From an uncultured Candidatus Rokubacteria bacterium (GTDB lineage: Bacteria; Methylomirabilota; Methylomirabilia; Rokubacteriales; DASRDR01), in contig CAWDVE010000022.1 in assembly GCA_963805625.1 (NCBI GenBank), forward strand, positions 1 through 64,000: a DNA stretch of 64,000 bases, given 5' to 3'. The position numbers and the translations under genes were made by a program. Shown piece after piece: positions 40,214 through 49,119 of this stretch (positions are counted from its first letter, which is position 1; each line of letters begins with the position of its first letter). The notes under the pieces were generated by a model that saw only the letters and a list, made by a program, of their open reading frames with translations, was not told the DNA's origin and searched no databases.

Positions 40214-42193
40214 TCAGCCCGTCGCCGTCACCCGGCTCCGTTGGCGGGCCTTCTCGACGATGCTGATGAACGCGTCCTCGAGCGAGTACCGCGCCTCGTG
40301 CACGGCGGCGACGCGGATACCGTGCCGCTGGAGCCGGTCGACGGTGGCCTGCGCGCCGGACTCGACGTCGTCGTCGACGATGACATGGAGCCGGGGCCCG
40401 AACAGCGAGACGCGCCAGCGCTCCCGCTCGGACTTGAGCGCTTCCACCGCGTCCTGCGGTCGGTCGACGACGAGCTCCAGCAGGTGACCGGTCTGGCGAC
40501 GCTTGATCTCGCTTGGCGTGCCTTCGGCCACGAGCTCCCCCGCTGCCATGAAGCCCAGACGATTGCACTGCTCCGATTCTTCCAGATAGTGCGTGGTCAC
40601 CAGGACGGCGGTCCCGACATCGGCGCGCTGGTTGATCATTCTCCAGAAGGCGCGCCGGGCCAGCGGATCGACGCCCGCGGTGGGCTCGTCCAGGAAGAGC
40701 ACGCTAGGCTCGTGCATGATCGCCGTGCCGAAGGCGATGCGCTGCTTCCAGCCCCCGGGCAAACGGCCCGTGAGCTCGTCCTGCTTTCCCTCCAGCCCGG
40801 CGAAGGACAGGACCCACTGAGTCTTCTCGTCACGCTCGCCCGCCGGGACGCCATAGACGCCGGCGAAAAACCTGAGGTTCTCCCGGATCGTCAGGTCGTC
40901 GTAGAGCGAGAACTTCTGCGACATGTACCCGACCTGCTGGCGCACGCCCTCCGAGCGGAGGTTGCCGCGCTGTCCCGCCAGCTGCATCTCCCCCTCGGTG
41001 GCGTCGAGCAGGCCGCACAGCATCTTGATGGTGGTCGTCTTGCCCGCGCCGTTCGCGCCGAGCAGCCCGTACACCTCGCCGTACCGGATCTGAAGACTGA
41101 CGTCGCGAACCGCCGTGAAGGACCCGAACCGCTTCGTCAAGCCCTCGGCGCCGATGGCGACCTGGCCCCGCCGATTCGCGAGCCCGCCGCGTCCAGGGAA
41201 GGGAGCCTGCGCCGGCTCCTCGCCGAGGGCCCGCAGGCTCGTGACGAACACGTTCTCGAGGGTCGGCTCGTCGACGCGGAAATCGATCACGCGCAGTCCG
41301 GCGGCGTCCATCTCCCTCTGGACCCGGTCACGCGCCGGCTCCGGACGGCGGACGAGGAGATCCAGATGGTCCCCGAACCGCTGGACGTCGGCGATGTCCT
41401 CCCGGGGCCCGGCGAGGCGGGAGAGGATCCCCTGGGCGTCACTCAGGGCGTCGGTGTGGACTTCCAGTCGCTTGAGGCCCAGGCCGGTGCGGAGCTCGGT
41501 CGGGGTCCCCACCTGGCGAATCTCTCCCTGGTGGATCAGGGCGAGCTGACGGCAGCGCTCGGCCTCGTCGAGGTACGGCGTCGCCACCAGGATGGTCAGC
41601 CCCTCGGCGGCGAGGTGGGCGAGAGCGTCCCAGAACTCCCGACGCGAGACGGGATCCACGCCGGTCGTCGGCTCGTCGAGCAGCAGCACCCGCGGCTGGG
41701 AGACCAGTGCGCAGGCGAGGGAGAGCTTCTGCTTCATCCCGCCGCTCAGCTGCCCGGCCAGCCGGTCACCGAAGCGATCCAGGTCGAACAGCTCGAGATA
41801 TCGCCGGCCCCGCGCCGAGATGTCATCGGGCGGCACGTGCCGCAGATCCCCCACGTAGCGAAGGTTCTCCAACACCGTGAGGTCGGGGTACAGGCTGAAG
41901 GCCTGCGTGAGGTAGCCGGTGTCCGACCGCGCCTCGCGCGGCGGGCGGCCGAAGACCTCGGCCTCTCCGCCGGAGGCCTCCATCACGCCGGCCAGGATCT
42001 GGAACGTGGACGTCTTGCCCGCGCCGTCGGGGCCGATGAGGCCGAAGATCTCGCCCTGGGCGACGTCGAAGCTGATGCCGCGAACGGCGCCGAGGCCGTC
42101 GTAGCGCTTCCACAGCCCGCGGACCCGGATGGCCGGCGCACTGGGCTTTGACGCCTCGGGACGCATTCGAGGCTCGCCCAGCGCGGCCCTCAT
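40214..42193 (-). CDS. ABC exporter ATP-binding protein with two ATPase domains (YbhF-like)
   Basis: GPDGAGKT and GANGAGKT; LSGGMKQK; LDEPTTGVDP and LDEPTAGVDP. Confidence 0.92.
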   Translation of the reverse strand: MRAALGEPRMRPEASKPSAPAIRVRGLWKRYDGLGAVRGISFDVAQGEIFGLIGPDGAGKTSTFQILAGVMEASGGEAEVFGRPPREARSDTGYLTQAFSLYPDLTVLENLRYVGDLRHVPPDDISARGRRYLELFDLDRFGDRLAGQLSGGMKQKLSLACALVSQPRVLLLDEPTTGVDPVSRREFWDALAHLAAEGLTILVATPYLDEAERCRQLALIHQGEIRQVGTPTELRTGLGLKRLEVHTDALSDAQGILSRLAGPREDIADVQRFGDHLDLLVRRPEPARDRVQREMDAAGLRVIDFRVDEPTLENVFVTSLRALGEEPAQAPFPGRGGLANRRGQVAIGAEGLTKRFGSFTAVRDVSLQIRYGEVYGLLGANGAGKTTTIKMLCGLLDATEGEMQLAGQRGNLRSEGVRQQVGYMSQKFSLYDDLTIRENLRFFAGVYGVPAGERDEKTQWVLSFAGLEGKQDELTGRLPGGWKQRIAFGTAIMHEPSVLFLDEPTAGVDPLARRAFWRMINQRADVGTAVLVTTHYLEESEQCNRLGFMAAGELVAEGTPSEIKRRQTGHLLELVVDRPQDAVEALKSERERWRVSLFGPRLHVIVDDDVESGAQATVDRLQRHGIRVAAVHEARYSLEDAFISIVEKARQRSRVTATG

Positions 42194-43470
42194 CTTCGGG
42201 TCGGGCGCGCCGGCCACTCGCTTCCCTCGACGAGAATCTCGCCGTCGGCGGGCATTCCCGGCTTCGCGAAGCCCGCGGCGCCTCGGAGGAGGAGCTTCAC
42301 GCCCACCACCTGCTTCACCCGATCCTCGCGGAAGTACGTGTTCTCCGGCGTGAACGTCGCCTGGGGATCGATCCGCAGCACGACCGCGGCGATCGGGGTC
42401 GCCGGGGCGGAGTCGAGATACACTCGCGCCGGCTGGCCCACTCGGACGCGGCCGATCACACCCTCGGGCACGAAGGCGCGCAGGTATACCTCGGACAGGT
42501 TCACGAGGGTGACGATCGGGGTGCCAGCCACGACCACTTCGCCAGGCTCCGCCGTCCGGGTCGCCACCGTCCCGGTGAACGGGGCGAGGACCTGGAGATC
42601 CTGCCGATTGGCGCGGGCCTCGTCGAGCTGCGCGCGGGCGCGCTCGGCGTCGGCCTGCGCTGCGGCCATGTCCGCCTGCGCCTGGAGGATCTGGGCCTGG
42701 ACCGCGGCGGCCTGCGACGAGCGGATCGCGGGGTTGGTGAGATTCGCCTGAGCGGCCGTGAGCGCGCCGCGCGTGGCCTCGACCTGGCGTCGGGCGGCCC
42801 TGACCAGCGCCGCCTGGGCTCGCTCGTTGTTCTCTGCCTGCTTGGCCTGCTGCTCGGCGATCAACTCCCTCTGGTACAGACGCGCGAGCGCATCGCGGTC
42901 CCACTCCGCCTGCGCGTGCGCGGCCTCGGCCTGGGCGAGCTGGGCCTCGGCGGCAGCCAGGCGGCCCTCCGCCTCGCTGACGCGACCCTGCGCGTCGGTC
43001 CGCGCCTGCTCGATCTCGAGCTCGTTCTGCTTGAGCTGCTCCTGGAGGATGGCGATCTGCTGCCGGGCGACCCGGGTGCGCGCCTCCGCCTGACGGACGC
43101 CGGCCTCGGCCTGCTGCTCGCGCGCCCGGACCTGGTCGTCGTCCAGGACGGCGAGCGTCTGACCGGCCTGGACCGGATCGCCCTCTCGCACCGTGATCTC
43201 CTGGATGCGCCCGCTGGTCTTGGCGGCCACGGCCGCGTCGTCCCCCTCGATTCGCCCGTTCGCCGCGACGATGCCCGCCGGCAGCTCCGGCCGGGCGAAG
43301 AAGAGCCGCCAGGCGGCGAATCCGGCCGCGGCCAGGGAGATCAGGAGCATGACCGCGACGATCGAGCGACGCGCCCGGCGCGCAGGCTCAGCGGTCGGGG
43401 GCGGAGCGCTGGGGCCGGTTACGGCCGGCGCGGCCGGCGTCTCGCGAGGATCCGTGTCCGGGTGCGGCAT
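42190..43470 (-). CDS. HlyD-family membrane fusion protein (YbhG-like)
   Basis: TM anchor, VREGDPV, long coiled coil, APFTG, ATFTPEN, KPGMP. Confidence 0.9.
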   Translation of the reverse strand: MPHPDTDPRETPAAPAVTGPSAPPPTAEPARRARRSIVAVMLLISLAAAGFAAWRLFFARPELPAGIVAANGRIEGDDAAVAAKTSGRIQEITVREGDPVQAGQTLAVLDDDQVRAREQQAEAGVRQAEARTRVARQQIAILQEQLKQNELEIEQARTDAQGRVSEAEGRLAAAEAQLAQAEAAHAQAEWDRDALARLYQRELIAEQQAKQAENNERAQAALVRAARRQVEATRGALTAAQANLTNPAIRSSQAAAVQAQILQAQADMAAAQADAERARAQLDEARANRQDLQVLAPFTGTVATRTAEPGEVVVAGTPIVTLVNLSEVYLRAFVPEGVIGRVRVGQPARVYLDSAPATPIAAVVLRIDPQATFTPENTYFREDRVKQVVGVKLLLRGAAGFAKPGMPADGEILVEGSEWPARPTRR

Positions 43471-44168
43471 TGCGATGGGGGGGTGTCCAGGGCTCGACCG
43501 CGTGTCTCCGCGGCGGCCAGCCCGTGCGTGGCGAGGTCCTGGATGTGCTTCACGTAGGCGTCGGGGGTGGGCGGGGCGATGCGGCCGTGACCTGAGAGAG
43601 CGCGCCCGCGGAACCGCGCGGTGGCGAAGAAGAACACGAGGCTGCCCACGAGACTGAGGTGCGTTAGCAGGGGATCCACCGGACGAAAGGCGCCCTCGCG
43701 GACTCCGCGCTCCACGACGCGCTTCACCGCGGCCAGGACGCGCAACGGCATGGCGACCGTCTTCGGGTCGAGGTGCGGGCCCCCCGCCAGGAGCTCGCGG
43801 AGCATCATCGTGCAGAAGTGCGGATGACGCCGGCTCGCGACGTCGCCCACGACGGCGATCAACGCGCGCAGCACCTCGGGCGCCGGCGTGCGCGACCCGG
43901 CGAGGCGCTCCACCCGGGGCACGATATCGGCGAACGTGGCCTCGACGATCGCGAGGTAGAGGTTCCGCTTGCCGCCGAAGTGGTAGCTGATCATCGCTTT
44001 GTTGACGCCGGCCTTCTCCGCGATCGCCCAGACCGGCACCCCCTCGTACCCTCGCTCCGCGAAGAGATCCGCGGCGGCGGCGAGGAGGGCCTCGCGCGTC
44101 GCGGCAACGCCCGGTCGCCGTCCGGCCTGGGCTTGCCCGTGAGGAGTCGCGGTCTGGCGAGGTGCCAT
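43419..44168 (-). CDS. TetR-family transcriptional regulator (CecR-like context)
   Basis: LLAAAADLFAERGY...IAEKAGVNKAMISYHFGGK. Confidence 0.9.
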   Translation of the reverse strand: MAPRQTATPHGQAQAGRRPGVAATREALLAAAADLFAERGYEGVPVWAIAEKAGVNKAMISYHFGGKRNLYLAIVEATFADIVPRVERLAGSRTPAPEVLRALIAVVGDVASRRHPHFCTMMLRELLAGGPHLDPKTVAMPLRVLAAVKRVVERGVREGAFRPVDPLLTHLSLVGSLVFFFATARFRGRALSGHGRIAPPTPDAYVKHIQDLATHGLAAAETRGRALDTPPSQCRTRTRILARRRPRRP

Positions 44169-44171
44169 ATC

Positions 44172-44217
44172 AACCAAACGTATGGTTAATTTTGGCCCCG
44201 CATCTCGACCCCGTCAA
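44172..44217 (-). promoter_or_regulatory. sigma70 promoter plus palindromic TetR-type operator
   Basis: Minus strand TTGACG-17nt-CAAAAT, followed by a 14/16 palindrome (AACCAAACGTATGGTT on +, 44172-44187) just before the ATG. Confidence 0.7.
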
Positions 44218-44770
44218 GGGCAACGCATGCTGCCCTTGTCGCCATCTCCATTGGCGGTTCCGGCGGAGTCTTCGGGCCCTCGCTGTTCATGGGTGCCACG
44301 TTCGGAGCCAGGCTGGATCTCGCCCGCGAGCTCACGGCGCGTCCATGCGCGGGGTCGCTTGGATACGCAGTACGCCTTCCAAGTGCTGCACGGGCAGAAC
44401 CGATAGATGAAGTCGGCCAACGTCGGGACCAACCGGCCACTCGCTGGGGGGACTCATGCGTTCCTTCGCCCACGTCAAGCTGCTTTCCCCGCCACTCGTC
44501 CGCCATGCAAGAACTGCCCGGTTGGGGGCAAATCGACACGACTCGAAGGGCCTATCCCCAGGTGCCGACCGGGCCGGGGGTCGAGGATGGCGCCCTAGGC
44601 ATTTGAACTGGTGCCCGGTCCTCCCGATCCGACCGGCATGGGTCTTGCTCGGTCTCTCCGGAAGGAGACTCCTGGAACGGCGCAGCTCGATACAATGGCT
44701 CTGAGAGGCTAGAAGGTCCACGGCTCTCCGGACCCGGCGCCGATCTCCAGCCACGAAGAGGAGGTCTGGG

Positions 44771-45457
44771 ATGAAGGTCCGCGTCTGGATCGCTGTCGGA
44801 CTCATCAGCTTCGGAGGCTCCGTCAGCAGCTTGGCTTGGGGGGCAGACGACCCGTTCGAGAAGCCGGCCACCACCGTGAACAGTGCTGCCACCACCTCGG
44901 CCGGCTCGCAGCAGGTGGCGGGGAAGATCGCGAGCGAACTGAACACCGCCTGCTCGTGCACCACCTTTTCGGCGTCGTCCGTGAGCGCCCAGCGCACCAA
45001 GACGGGCTGGGGCTGGGGGGAGGTGCTCATCGCCGACCGCCTCGCGCTGGCCATCAGCCAGCAGTCGAACATCACCTTCGCGGCGGCCCTCGGGCAGGTG
45101 ACGACCAGTCGCCAGCAGGGCATGGGCTGGGGCGCCATCGCGAACGCGCAGGGCTTGAACCTGGGCAAACTGGTCAGCAGCGTCAAGCAGTCAGCCAATG
45201 CGGTGGCGAATGCCGGCAAGGCGGCTGGCCCCGCCGCAAAGGGTCAGGGCCAGGCCAACGTGGCCGCGGGCGGTGGCCAGGGCGCGGGGGCCGGAGCGGG
45301 TCACGGCGGCGGCGGGGCCGGCGGCGGCCAGGGCGGCGGCGGCGGAGCCGGCCACGGTGGGGGTGGCGGGGGTCAGGGCGGTGGCGGCGCTGGCGCTGGC
45401 GGTGGTGGGGGTGGGGCCGGTGGGGGCGGTGGAGCCGGGGGAGGCGGAAAGAAGTAG
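44771..45457 (+). CDS. Secreted protein with two GWG repeats and a glycine-rich tail
   Basis: GAGGAGG RBS; signal peptide; GWGWGEVLIA and GMGWGAIA; poly-Gly/Ala C-terminus. Confidence 0.7.
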   Translation: MKVRVWIAVGLISFGGSVSSLAWGADDPFEKPATTVNSAATTSAGSQQVAGKIASELNTACSCTTFSASSVSAQRTKTGWGWGEVLIADRLALAISQQSNITFAAALGQVTTSRQQGMGWGAIANAQGLNLGKLVSSVKQSANAVANAGKAAGPAAKGQGQANVAAGGGQGAGAGAGHGGGGAGGGQGGGGGAGHGGGGGGQGGGGAGAGGGGGGAGGGGGAGGGGKK

Positions 45458-45698
45458 GTCTCGAACGCCTTACTCTTAAGAAGACTGTGGGGCCCGGGGT
45501 GACTCCCGGCGCCTACGGCGTCTCCTGGCGGTCAGCGGTCCGAGGCCGCGCTCCCCCTCGGGCCGCGCGACCCCTCCGGAGCGCAGGAGTTCGGGTCGCG
45601 ACGAGGTGAACGCACCATCGGGCACCTTCCCCGCGGACGCCCAAGTAGGCTAGGCCGCCTGGCCGCCCCCGATCGACCCGTGGGCGGGAAGGACGCCG

Positions 45699-45897
45699 AT
45701 GCCGAATACCATTGTCCTCGAGCCGTATCAGGCCCTGTGGCCCGCCGACGATCCCAACGCGGAATTCCGACGCCACGTGGCCGAGTACTCTCGCCTCGAC
45801 CCGTTGCCGACGCTTGAGGAACCTGAGTCATAGCACCGGGATTCCCGTTGGATCGCTGGCGCGCTTTGTTCTGGTCCGCTACTGCACCTCGGGCAGC
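45699..45897 (+). pseudogene. Truncated, frameshifted DUF6027-like gene
   Basis: MPNTIVLEPY..WPADDPNAEF...DPLPTL, +1 shift at about 45817, then ENLSHSTGIPVGSLARFVLVRY, then breaks off. Family recalled from motif, not searched. Confidence 0.5.
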
Positions 45898-46026
45898 ATC
45901 CCCGTCGTGATCGCCCCGCTCCGGACGGTCCCGGCGGGCCATCGCGCGGACCCGCCCCGGCCGGGGATCTTCAGGCGAAATGGACGCCCGTTTCGCCTCG
46001 TCCACCATCGGGCCGCCTGTTCGCGG

Positions 46027-46482
46027 TCACCGGGGACGATGCGCACAGATGTTCTTGAGCGTGTCCATGACCTCCGTGCCCGACAGCGAATGCTTTTCGC
46101 TCTTCGCGTCCGCGCGGAGGATGAGGTCGTTGATCGAGACGATCCCCTGGAGCTTCCCGTCTGAGTCGAGCACCGGCACCCGCCGCACCTTTCCCTCGCG
46201 CATGATTCGCAGGCCCTCCCTGGCGTCGTCGTCGGGACGGACCGCGTGCAGCTTTCCGGTAACCACCTCGCCCACGCGGATCTCGGCGGCGGGACGGTTG
46301 TTGGTCGCCGCGGCCATGCAGATGTCGCGGTCTGTGATCATGCCCTGTACCCTTCCGGAGACCGGATCCACCACGGGGATCGTGCCGCAGTCACATCGCC
46401 ACATGAGCGTTCCCACCGCGGCCAGGTCGGTGGACGGGCTGCAAGACTGGACTTCAGGCGTCATTATCTCGTGGATCTTCAT
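46027..46482 (-). CDS. CBS-domain protein
   Basis: EIMTPEV, GMITDRDI, VRRVPV, GIVSINDL. Confidence 0.92.
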   Translation of the reverse strand: MKIHEIMTPEVQSCSPSTDLAAVGTLMWRCDCGTIPVVDPVSGRVQGMITDRDICMAAATNNRPAAEIRVGEVVTGKLHAVRPDDDAREGLRIMREGKVRRVPVLDSDGKLQGIVSINDLILRADAKSEKHSLSGTEVMDTLKNICAHRPR

Positions 46483-47009
46483 GCTGGTCCTCCTCGAGAT
46501 TGAGGGGTCGCTGCATCCGAACTCGGGTTGGCGTGCATCCGTGCCACCTCGTCTTGACCTAGCGTCGGCGGCCTACGACGATCGTGTTCTAACCACTTCG
46601 AGTCCGTCTGCTACCATCTGTGCCTCGTCGTTTACCAGGACAGTGGCTCTCTCGCGGCTAGGCTCCGGCCGGACAACGCTCGCAGTACGGCGCTCTGGGG
46701 GAAGTCCCCAATGCCGAGAGCCCGAAGGCGCTCAGGGAGACGAACGCGACGGACGTCGTCGAGAGAGACGAACACCACGAGCGCAACTCCGAGGATGTGG
46801 AGCGCGATGTCCATCAATACTTCTCTTCTCCTGGTCTGGCGTCTCACTCTAGGCGCGCGTGCCCAGCTCGCCTATGAGACCTAGGTCCAATACGCGCTCT
46901 CGTGTGAGGCGCGTACCGTGGGTACCAGAAGAATCAATGGAGGGGTGCTGGGGAGTTCCCACAACTGACGCTGTGGTTGGGGCGCCGGATCCCTTGACGG
47001 GAAGTTGTC

Positions 47010-47162
47010 ATGTTTCTGGCTCTGTTCGTCGTGTTGGCGGTGGTCTGGCTACTCGGCTGGGGCGTGTTTCACGTCGCGGGTGGCCTGATTCACCTGCTCC
47101 TGATTGCGGCGGTCATCTCGGTGATCGTCCACTTCGTGCGCGGCCGCGGCGCCGAGGCGTAA
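47010..47162 (+). CDS. 50-aa membrane protein (lmo0937 / DUF5670-like), missing from the ORF track
   Basis: MFLALFVVLAVVWLLGWGVFHVAGGLIHLLLIAAVISVIVHFVRGRGAEA*; WLLG...GGLIHLLL signature. Confidence 0.85.
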   Translation: MFLALFVVLAVVWLLGWGVFHVAGGLIHLLLIAAVISVIVHFVRGRGAEA

Positions 47163-47289
47163 GGATACTGCAACCGTCGTCACGGAATCGCCCACACCGT
47201 CGGGACGCGATGAGCCGCCGCCGGCCTGGTTGACGAATCCCAGAGCCCTGTACGATGCCTCACGAAGGCAATAGAGGAGGAGGGCGGAC

Positions 47290-47418
47290 ATGCGAACCAG
47301 TGAAGCGTTCGTTCTCGGAACGATGACGGGCGCAGCCGTCGTATGGTTCTGGGGAAGAGGGATTGCGGACTACGTGGGGGAACAGACGCGCGGCGTGCGG
47401 GCAGAGTTTCGGGCATAG
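47290..47418 (+). pseudogene. Small membrane-anchored (YtxH-like) ORF ending inside the GGGCATAG repeat
   Basis: GAGGAG RBS; MRTSEAFVLGTMTGAAVVWFWGR...; last codons and stop supplied by the repeat at 47399-47430. Confidence 0.5.
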
Positions 47419-47430
47419 CGCGATCGGCCG
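47399..47430 (+). repeat. GGGCA(G/T)AGTTTCGGGCATAGCGCGATCGGCCG repeat
   Basis: Homologous to 28959-28991; its last 16 bp are identical to 51964-51979. Confidence 0.8.
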
Positions 47431-47458
47431 TCCCCGACGCATTGGCGGAATATTGGCA

Positions 47459-47696
47459 CTACCGATTCAGCAGTCGGCGGAACTCCTCGGGATCCACCTG
47501 TGCGTCCCGCATCAAGTGTCGCAGTAGGCCCGGCTTGAGCGTGCGGTGGTCGGGAATCGTAAGCGGCTTTCTCGAGGGATCAGTCGCGTGGCGTAGCCGG
47601 ATATGGCTGCCGCGCTCCCGCACAGACGCCGTAGCCGAGCTGCTCGAACACGCGGATGGCCTCCCGTCGGGAGACGACGGGAAGCCCAGACGTCAT
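47459..47696 (-). pseudogene. hicA: HicA toxin, +1 frameshift at about 47624
   Basis: Corrected: MTSGLPVVSRREAIRVFEQLGYGVVRERGSHIRLRH...LTIPDHRTLKPGLLRHLMRDAQVDPEEFRRLLNR; GSH motif. Confidence 0.85.
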
Positions 47697-47919
47697 CGGG
47701 TGACGACGACGCTTCCGACCAAGACTCGCGAGGGATCGGGATGACCTCCTCGTGGGCCTGCATGTCCTCCAGGCAGAGCTCGATGGCTTCACGAATGTTG
47801 TCCAGGGCCCCGTCGACCGTGTCGCCCTGGCTGTAGCAGCCTGGAAGAGAGGGACACGTCGCGACGTACCCACCGGTCTCGTCCGGTTCCAGAAGCACCT
47901 TGAAGTCGTAGGCCTTCAT
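47693..47919 (-). pseudogene. hicB: HicB antitoxin (short form), -1 frameshift at about 47738
   Basis: GGYVATCPSLPGCYSQGDT...NIREAIEL; adding one C restores IPDPSRVLVGSVVVTR* with an ATGA overlap to hicA. Confidence 0.85.
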
Positions 47920-48178
47920 CCCCCGTGTCCCCCGTAAAGGCCATTACAAGAGGCCAGCAGGGTAAGGTCGGCTATCGACGTGCGCCGGGGGCCGTGCGCG
48001 ACGCGGCGAACGCTGCGACCGCGTCAGCGCACTTCCGGCCGCCGTCACGACTTCTTCGTTTCCAGTGACTCCATCGGGGCGGACGCTGTCTAGGAAGTGC
48101 GCGTGTAGTAGGCGAGACGCAGCCGGTCCGGTGGTCTTTCCGATGCCTTGGGGGTCGGCCGAATGGAGGGCGATGCGG

Positions 48179-49108
48179 TCAGCCGCTCGTCGCTCGACGC
48201 CGTGAGCGCGGGGCCGCGGAGGACCGGACCGGCCGGTCGCCCCTGGCGCCGGGCGTGGCCCGGCGCGGGCGCGCCACACGGGAGCCTTCGGGATCGCGGA
48301 GGGCGGCTCGACTCCGCGGGATCCGGGAGGCCGCCGGCGCGGCCGTCCGCCGTTTCCGTGATGCGCTTCGCGGTGGCGCGCCACTCACCGTCGACGACTC
48401 ATCCAGCTCGATCCCGAAGACCTCCGCGAGCGCGCTCTCGCCGATCCGCTTGCGCATCCCACCGCCCTGCGCCGCCAGGGCCACGCCGCTGCTGGCGGCC
48501 GTGAGCAGGTCCAGCTGATCGACGCGCCGGAGCCGGAAGAACAGCTCGGGCTCGGTGTCTAGACGCGTGCCGACCCCGTACAGGGTGGCCGCGACATGCT
48601 TGCACATCGCTGCCCAGTCGGGGCAGGAGCACTCGAAGGTGATCTCCTTGGCTGACGGGAACAGGCCGGTCTCTCGCCGGATCAGCATCTCCATGACCGC
48701 ACGCGAGAACTTCCCCTGCAGGAGCTCGACCAGCGAGCCGATCTTCCCGGCGCACTCTTTGACGACGGCCCGCCAGCGAGGCTTGGACAGGGGCGCGATC
48801 ACGACCGAGATCCGATAGAGATCGCTGCCGCTGACCAGGGCCCTGACCGTGCCCGGGCCGAGCTCGAGGTCCATGACCGAGCCATTGCGGACGTAGGTCC
48901 GGCCCCGAGGGAGCCGGTTGGCGAAGTCGCTGTACCGCTCGAGGTTGTCGCACCAAGCCTTGCCCCAGAAGCTCCGGGCGATCGTGCGTCCCTGGATCCG
49001 CACGGGGGCGAGGGACTCCCCCTTCTTCTTGAATCGGGCGATCTCTCGCGCCGCGTTCTGGCGCCGCACCGCGACCGGCACGTAGGGCCGCCACTCGTAC
49101 CAAGCCAT
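48179..49108 (-). CDS. SWIM zinc-finger protein
   Basis: FWGKAWC, RLPRGRTYVRNG, CSCPDWAAMCKHVAA. Confidence 0.92.
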   Translation of the reverse strand: MAWYEWRPYVPVAVRRQNAAREIARFKKKGESLAPVRIQGRTIARSFWGKAWCDNLERYSDFANRLPRGRTYVRNGSVMDLELGPGTVRALVSGSDLYRISVVIAPLSKPRWRAVVKECAGKIGSLVELLQGKFSRAVMEMLIRRETGLFPSAKEITFECSCPDWAAMCKHVAATLYGVGTRLDTEPELFFRLRRVDQLDLLTAASSGVALAAQGGGMRKRIGESALAEVFGIELDESSTVSGAPPRSASRKRRTAAPAASRIPRSRAALRDPEGSRVARPRRATPGARGDRPVRSSAAPRSRRRATSG

Positions 49109-49119
49109 GGCCCGTTCCT

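Noticed and set aside
45280-45450. GGC-rich tract as a non-coding repeat
   Set aside because: Explained by glycine codons of the 44771-45457 gene.
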